A DNA stretch of 64,000 nucleotides from Octopus vulgaris. Lineage: Eukaryota. The position numbers and the translations under genes are program-made. Each line of letters begins with the position of its first letter. Position 1 is the first letter of the stretch. The DNA lies in NCBI GenBank assembly GCA_951406725.2, contig OX597823.1:14508001-14572000 (forward strand), written 5' to 3'. The notes under the pieces were generated by a model. The model was not told where the DNA came from. It ran no database searches and worked only from the letters and a program-made list of their open reading frames with translations. Positions 58,309 through 64,000 of this stretch are shown here, piece by piece.

Positions 58309-58875
58309 TTGGGTTGTCCGGAAAGTTCGTGCTGATTTTTAAAGGAAAGAAAAAGGTCAATAGATACTTAGCCATTACATCTTTAATCAACCAAATATGA
58401 ACCATTTTGTTGTACAATGCATCTCCATCTTTCCGTTAACTTGAAAATACCCTCTTCCCAGAATTGAGGTGGTTTCATGGCAAAAAATTTATCAAGGTAT
58501 CTTTTTACGTCATCCAAGGAATTGAAATTTTTACCATTAAGACTATTCTGCAGAGACCTGAATAAGTGGAAATCCGAAGGAGCAATATCTGGTGAATATG
58601 GAGGGTGGGGTAACACATCCCAGCCGAGCTGCAGCAATTTTTGCCTGGTTCCCAAAGCATCAAATGCCGAAAATGAACTTTCTTATTTTCCATTTTAAAG
58701 GGTTACAGAATTAACTCAGGTTATAGGAACATAAATCTTCTTCCATGAAAAGATAGCTTAAACTGTGCTCTAAATGGAGGTGTAGTCAAATCCTATTTTA
58801 TGGACTCAACCATGTTCTAAAATAAGTCGAAAGGTAAGCTACTATAAATCGGCACGAACTTTCCGGACAACCCAA
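58309..58875 (-). mobile_element. Internally deleted mariner (mellifera-like)
   Basis: TA-flanked ~30-bp TIRs TTGGGTTGTCCGGAAAGTTCGTGC; N-terminal MENKKVHFRHLML joined to LPHPPYSPDIAPSDFHLFRSLQN C-terminus. Confidence 0.92.
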
Positions 58876-59027
58876 TATAATTATTGCTATTAGGCGAGCT
58901 GTCAAAATCATTAGTGCATGGGAGAAAATGCTTAGCGGTATTTAATCGGTTATCTTTGCGATCTGAATTAAAATTCAGCCGCTGAGGTCAAAATTGCCTT
59001 TGATCCTCTCGTGGTCGATAAAATAAT

Positions 59028-59613
59028 CTTTTCTAATCTAGGCACAAGGCCTGAAATATTGTTGGGAGGGCGCCAGTCGATTAGATTGACCCCAGTACGC
59101 AACTGGTACTTAATTTATCGACCTCGAAAAGATGAAAGGTAAAGTCGACCTCGACGGAATTTGAACTCAGAATATAAAGACAGACGAAATACCTATTTCT
59201 TTACTACCCACAAGGGGCTAAACACAGAGAAGACAAACAAGGACAGACAAACGGATTAAGTCGATTATATCGACCCAAGTGCGTAACTGGCACTTATTTA
59301 ATCGACCCCGAAAGGATGAAAGGCAAAGTCGACCTCGGCGGAATTTGAACTCAGAACGTAACGGCAGACGAAATACCTATTTCTTTATTGCCCACAAGGG
59401 GCTAAACACAGTGGGGACAAACAAGGACAGACAAACGGATTAAGTCGATTATATCGACCCCAGTGCGTAACTGGCACTTACTTAATCGACGCCGAAAGGA
59501 TGAAAGGCAAAGTCGACCTCGGCGAATTTCAACTCAGAACGTAGCGGCAGACGAAATACGGCAAAGCATTTCGCCCGGCGTGCTAACGTTTTTGCCAGCT
59601 CGTCGCCTTACAC
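59028..59613 (-). mobile_element. Meta-like SINE trimer nested in an older Meta-like SINE (58890-59715 +)
   Basis: TSD GTCGATAAAATAAT at 59014-59027 and 59614-59627. Confidence 0.88.
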
Positions 59614-60239
59614 GTCGATAAAATAATGCACCACTCACCCCTGGGGACTGACGTAATTGACTCACCTCTTACCCCTAGAATTACTGACCTTGTACCAGAA
59701 ATTTGAAAGCATTATTGGTGCTAATATTTAATGGGCTTACTAAATATTTTTCTTTTTCTCTGTGAGCCGCCATAACGCAAGTGATGTTCAATCAGCACGG
59801 GGACACTTAAGTTCTGTAACTTAGAGTACAACAGCGAAGTTCAAACAACAGTGCTATATTCGCACCCACCCGAGGAATTTTGAACGAATTTAAGGGCGTT
59901 CATTTTGACCTTATTGGAGGCAAACTGCTAATCTTTTGGACAGAGGTCTGCTTGCATGTGATGTGTGCGTACGTGTGTGTGTGTGTGTTTGTGTTTGTTT
60001 GTTTGTTTGTTTTTCTCGGTGCATACATTGGTCACACACACACACACACACACATCACACACATACGCACATATGTGTGTATATGTATATACGCATGTAT
60101 GCATTCATGCATGTATGTATGCATGTGTGTGTATGAATGTATGGATGTGTGCGTATGTATATATGTATTTCATTTTATTTTATTATTTTTCATTTTATCT
60201 AGTTTCAGCTCACGAACTGCGGCCATGCTGGGGCACCGC

Positions 60240-61806
60240 CATGTATGTATGTACGTATGTATGTATGTATGTATTTATGTATGTATGTATGTATGTATGT
60301 ATGTATGTATGTATCTATGTATGTACGTATGTATGTATGTATGTATGTATGTATGTATGTATGTATGTATGTATGTATGTATGTATGTATGTATGTATGT
60401 ATGTATGTATGTATCTATGTATGTACGTATGTATGCATGTATGTATGTATGTATGTATGTATGTATGTATGCAGGTTTGTTTATATGCTTGCATGTACGT
60501 GTGCAGGTTTGCCTGTATGTATGTATGTATGTATGTATTTATGTATGTATGCATGTATGTATGTATGTATGTATGCATGTATGTATGTCTGTATGTATGT
60601 ATTTTTGTATGTATGTATGCATGTATGTATGTATGTATGTATGTATGTATGTATGTATGTATGTATGTATGTATGTATTTTTGTATGTATATGTATATGT
60701 ATGTATGTATGTATTTTTGTATGTATGTATGTATGTATGCATGTATGTATGTATGCATGTGTGTATGTATGTATGTATGCATGTATGTATGTATGTATGT
60801 ATGTATATATGTATGTATGTATTTTGTATGTATGTATGTATGTATGTATGTATGTATGTATGCATGTATGTATGTATGCATGCTTATGTGTATGTATGTG
60901 TGTGTATGCATGCATGTATGTATGTATATGTATGTAAGTATATATGTATATATGTATGCATATAGGTTCGATCCCTGGAGTAGGTGGTGAGCTGTGTCCG
61001 TCATCAAGGCGCTTCAGTTCACGTTGCGCTGGTCTACTCAGGTGAAGAATGAGTACCATCTTAGTGGCTTAGTGTGGATGCAGCCTCTCCCCATCTCTCT
61101 TTCCCCCTCGCTCTCCTCCTCTTTCTCTCCCCCTGGCTGTTCTACTGTGGCAAGAATGTCTATCTCCGCGAGATGTTATGCGCACCTTAATTTATTAGTT
61201 GAAGCGTGGTACGTGCCATAAACCCCATACTCGATTATAAATAACAGCTGTAGTTGCTACCTTTATGTATGTGTATGTATGCATGTCTGCAAGCATGTAT
61301 GTATGTATGTATGTATGTATGTATGTATGTATGTATGTACGTACGTACGTATGTATGTATGTTTGTATGTATATGTATGTATGTATGTATGTATGTACGT
61401 ACGTATGTATGTATGTATGTATGTATGTATGTATGTATTACGTACGTACGTATGAATGTATGTACGTATGTGTGTGTATGTATGTATGTGTATATGTACG
61501 TGTGTGTGTATCTTTGTATGTATGTATGTATGTATGTATGCATGCATGTATGTATGTTTGTATGTGTGTTTGTATGTATGTATGTATGTATGTATGTACG
61601 TACGTACGTACGTATGTATGTATGTATGTATGTATGTATGTATGTATGTATGTATGTACGTACGTATGTATGTATGTATGTATGTATGTACGAATGTGTG
61701 TGTATGCATGTATGTGTATATGTACGTGTGTGTGTATCTTTGTATGTATGTATGTATGCATGCATGTATGTATGTTTGTATGTGTGTCTGTATGTATGTA
61801 TGTATG

Positions 61807-61840
<34 letters not shown>

Positions 61841-62580
61841 TGTATGTATGTATGTATGTTTGTATGTATGTATGTATGTATGTATGTATGTATGTATGTA
61901 TGTGTGTGTATGTATGTATGTATGTATGTGTGTGTGTAGGTATGTGTGTGTGTAGGTATGTATGTATGTACGTACGTATGTACGTACTTACGTATGTATG
62001 TATGTGTGTATGTATGTATGTTTGTATGTATGTATGTATGTATGTATGTATGTATGTATGTGTGTATGTATGTGTGTATGTGCGTATGTGTGTATGTATG
62101 TATGTGTGTATGTATGTATGTGTGTGTATGTATGTATGTATGTATGTATGTGTAGGTATGTGTGTATGTATGTGTGTGTAGGTATGTGTGTATGTATGTA
62201 TGTGTGTATGTATGTGTGTATGAGTGTATGTATGTATGTATGTATGATATGTATGTATGTGTGTATGTATGTATGTATGTATGTGTGTATAGGTATGTGT
62301 GTGTGTATGTATGTATGTATGTACGTACCTACGTACGTATGTATGTATGTATGTATGTATGTGTGTGTGTATGTATGTATGTATGTATGTATGTATGTAT
62401 GTATGCGTTTATGTATGTGTGTATGTATGTATGTATGTATGTAAGTGTGTGTATGTATGTATGTATGTATGTATGTATGTATGTATGTATGTATGTATGC
62501 ATGTATGTATGTATCTATCTATCTATGTATGTATGCATGCGTGTATGTACGTACGTATGTATACGTATACATATGTATTT
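60240..62580. repeat. Long degenerate (TATG)n field interrupted by an old SINE-like piece (60965-61230)
   Basis: Seen directly; source of the long MYVC ORFs. Confidence 0.9.
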
Positions 62581-62912
62581 GTAAATGAATTCATGCAGAT
62601 TCAGTGACCTTTGCAATGTGTTCACAGTTTGTTCGTACAAGTTTAGTAATCTCTACAGTAGAGAGGATTAAGACAGAGTCTTTATATATTCATAACGTGC
62701 CATACGGAGGGATCTACTCCGACAACGCTACATGATAGTCAGCACCACACACAGACTCCCAATAATTTTGATATGGGCGCCATATTTTTTTTTCATTATA
62801 TCATGTGAGACAGGGATCACATGGATAGTGATGGTCGTTTTGTGTCTTCTGTTTTATTCGGTCTTTTATTTTATCTCACTACGTGATATAACTTAGTATG
62901 ATATGAATTTTA

Positions 62913-63318
62913 GGATCTTTTCGGTTTGAACGGCAGTTTTTTTCTAGCGTTGTCATATGAAATTGTCACCCATAATTAGAATCGATCTATTGCATTTCAA
63001 TCTCATTTAGGGTTATGGCTAGGGTTAGGGATGGGGGAGGGTATATTTTTTCTTCACAAATGTAAATAAACCCAATCTGTTTCCTAAACGAGGGACATAT
63101 TCATACGGCACAGTAACTCAATAGACGTCACTGATTGGTTGAAATTGCAGAAATTGAAGAAGAAAAAAAACAACAAATATCTTACAAACTATAGAATTTT
63201 CTCAATAAAGCCAAGAGAAAAAGACGTTTTATAAACATATTCTACCAGTATACGAAGTTTAAAATTTTGTAGTTACCTAGAAATTATGTTAAAAACTGCC
63301 GTTCAAACCGAAAAGGTC
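62913..63318. mobile_element. Merlin-like MITE, full copy
   Basis: Same TIRs as 19267; TSD GAATTTTA at 62905 and 63319. Confidence 0.88.
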
Positions 63319-64000
63319 GAATTTTAAAATCAAAAGTGGATTTATTCCATCTCAATCACAGATTTTTAAAAATTTATTTTGTTTTTACTAAACAGTTTGA
63401 AACTTCGAATACTGGTAGAACACGGTTTACTCTGAACGTTTTTGACAAAATTTCGTATCTTACAAGTTATTTTATGTTAAAGTTGTCGTATTTGGGTAAT
63501 TTCAACCAATCAACGACGTGTATACTATTGAAGAAAGCTACTGCTGTTTGCGATAGTAATCGAAGAGGAACAATTTCCGGGTCATCTCTATTAAATGTCA
63601 CCACCCTGTTCGAACAATCAACACCATCGAAGAATCAACACCACGAAGGAAGAAATACTATAATATTTGTTTGTCCGACATCGGTGTTTATCCACACATA
63701 AAGCGCGCCGGTGTTTAAAAGACCTATAGAGCAACGAGTCCGCAGGTAGCATTTTTGTTGTTGACGTATATGTAGTTTCAAAATTCCTTATTTTAAAACT
63801 ATGAGATGCATTGTTATTGTCATGATTTTATCTTACTATAATCAACAACAAACTCATTTCGTCAATATAAAAGTCTTTATAAGATAAAAAATAGCATTAT
63901 CAAAACATGTAGGTAAAACAAAACAAATAGCGGCTTATACACCGAAAAATACACTGTAGTGGCAGTGTCAAGTTCGCTCGCTGGCTGCTACTTGATAGTT

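Noticed and set aside
58383-58655. SETMAR-like host gene
   Set aside because: It lies within TA-flanked TIRs with most of the transposase deleted and no SET domain.
59880-62607. Long ORFs (up to 361 aa) rich in MYVC/IHTY, also at 30315-32668 and 33468-34491
   Set aside because: They are translations of stop-free microsatellites, open in several frames and on both strands; there is no coding signal.

Overview
AT-rich, microsatellite-saturated animal DNA that is intergenic or intronic, with no recognisable host gene. The SINE and microsatellite repertoire suggests a cephalopod, probably Octopus (inference). Almost all ORFs in the supplied track are translations of simple repeats. The window contains: decayed LINEs (Tx1/L1-like, RTE, CR1-like, R4/Dong-like RLE); a Penelope GIY-YIG remnant; DNA transposon relics (mariner, maT/DD37D, hAT-, pogo- and Merlin-like MITEs, Helitrons); and more than 30 tRNA-derived SINE copies of about 5 types. 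The most interesting signal is a set of about 9 type I hammerhead-ribozyme (HHR) motifs in non-coding, Penelope-like mini-elements. These include a 3.1-kb palindromic element (29747-32866) and a tRNA-headed HHR element (48525-48900). In both, an inverted copy of the 3' tail starts 4-6 nt downstream of the predicted self-cleavage site. Other notable items are a Tx1 element apparently targeting (ATCT)n, two SINE-LINE tail pairs, SINE multimers inserted under one TSD, and an RTE 3' end with three C2H2 fingers. All family names come from reading the sequence by eye; no database search was run.
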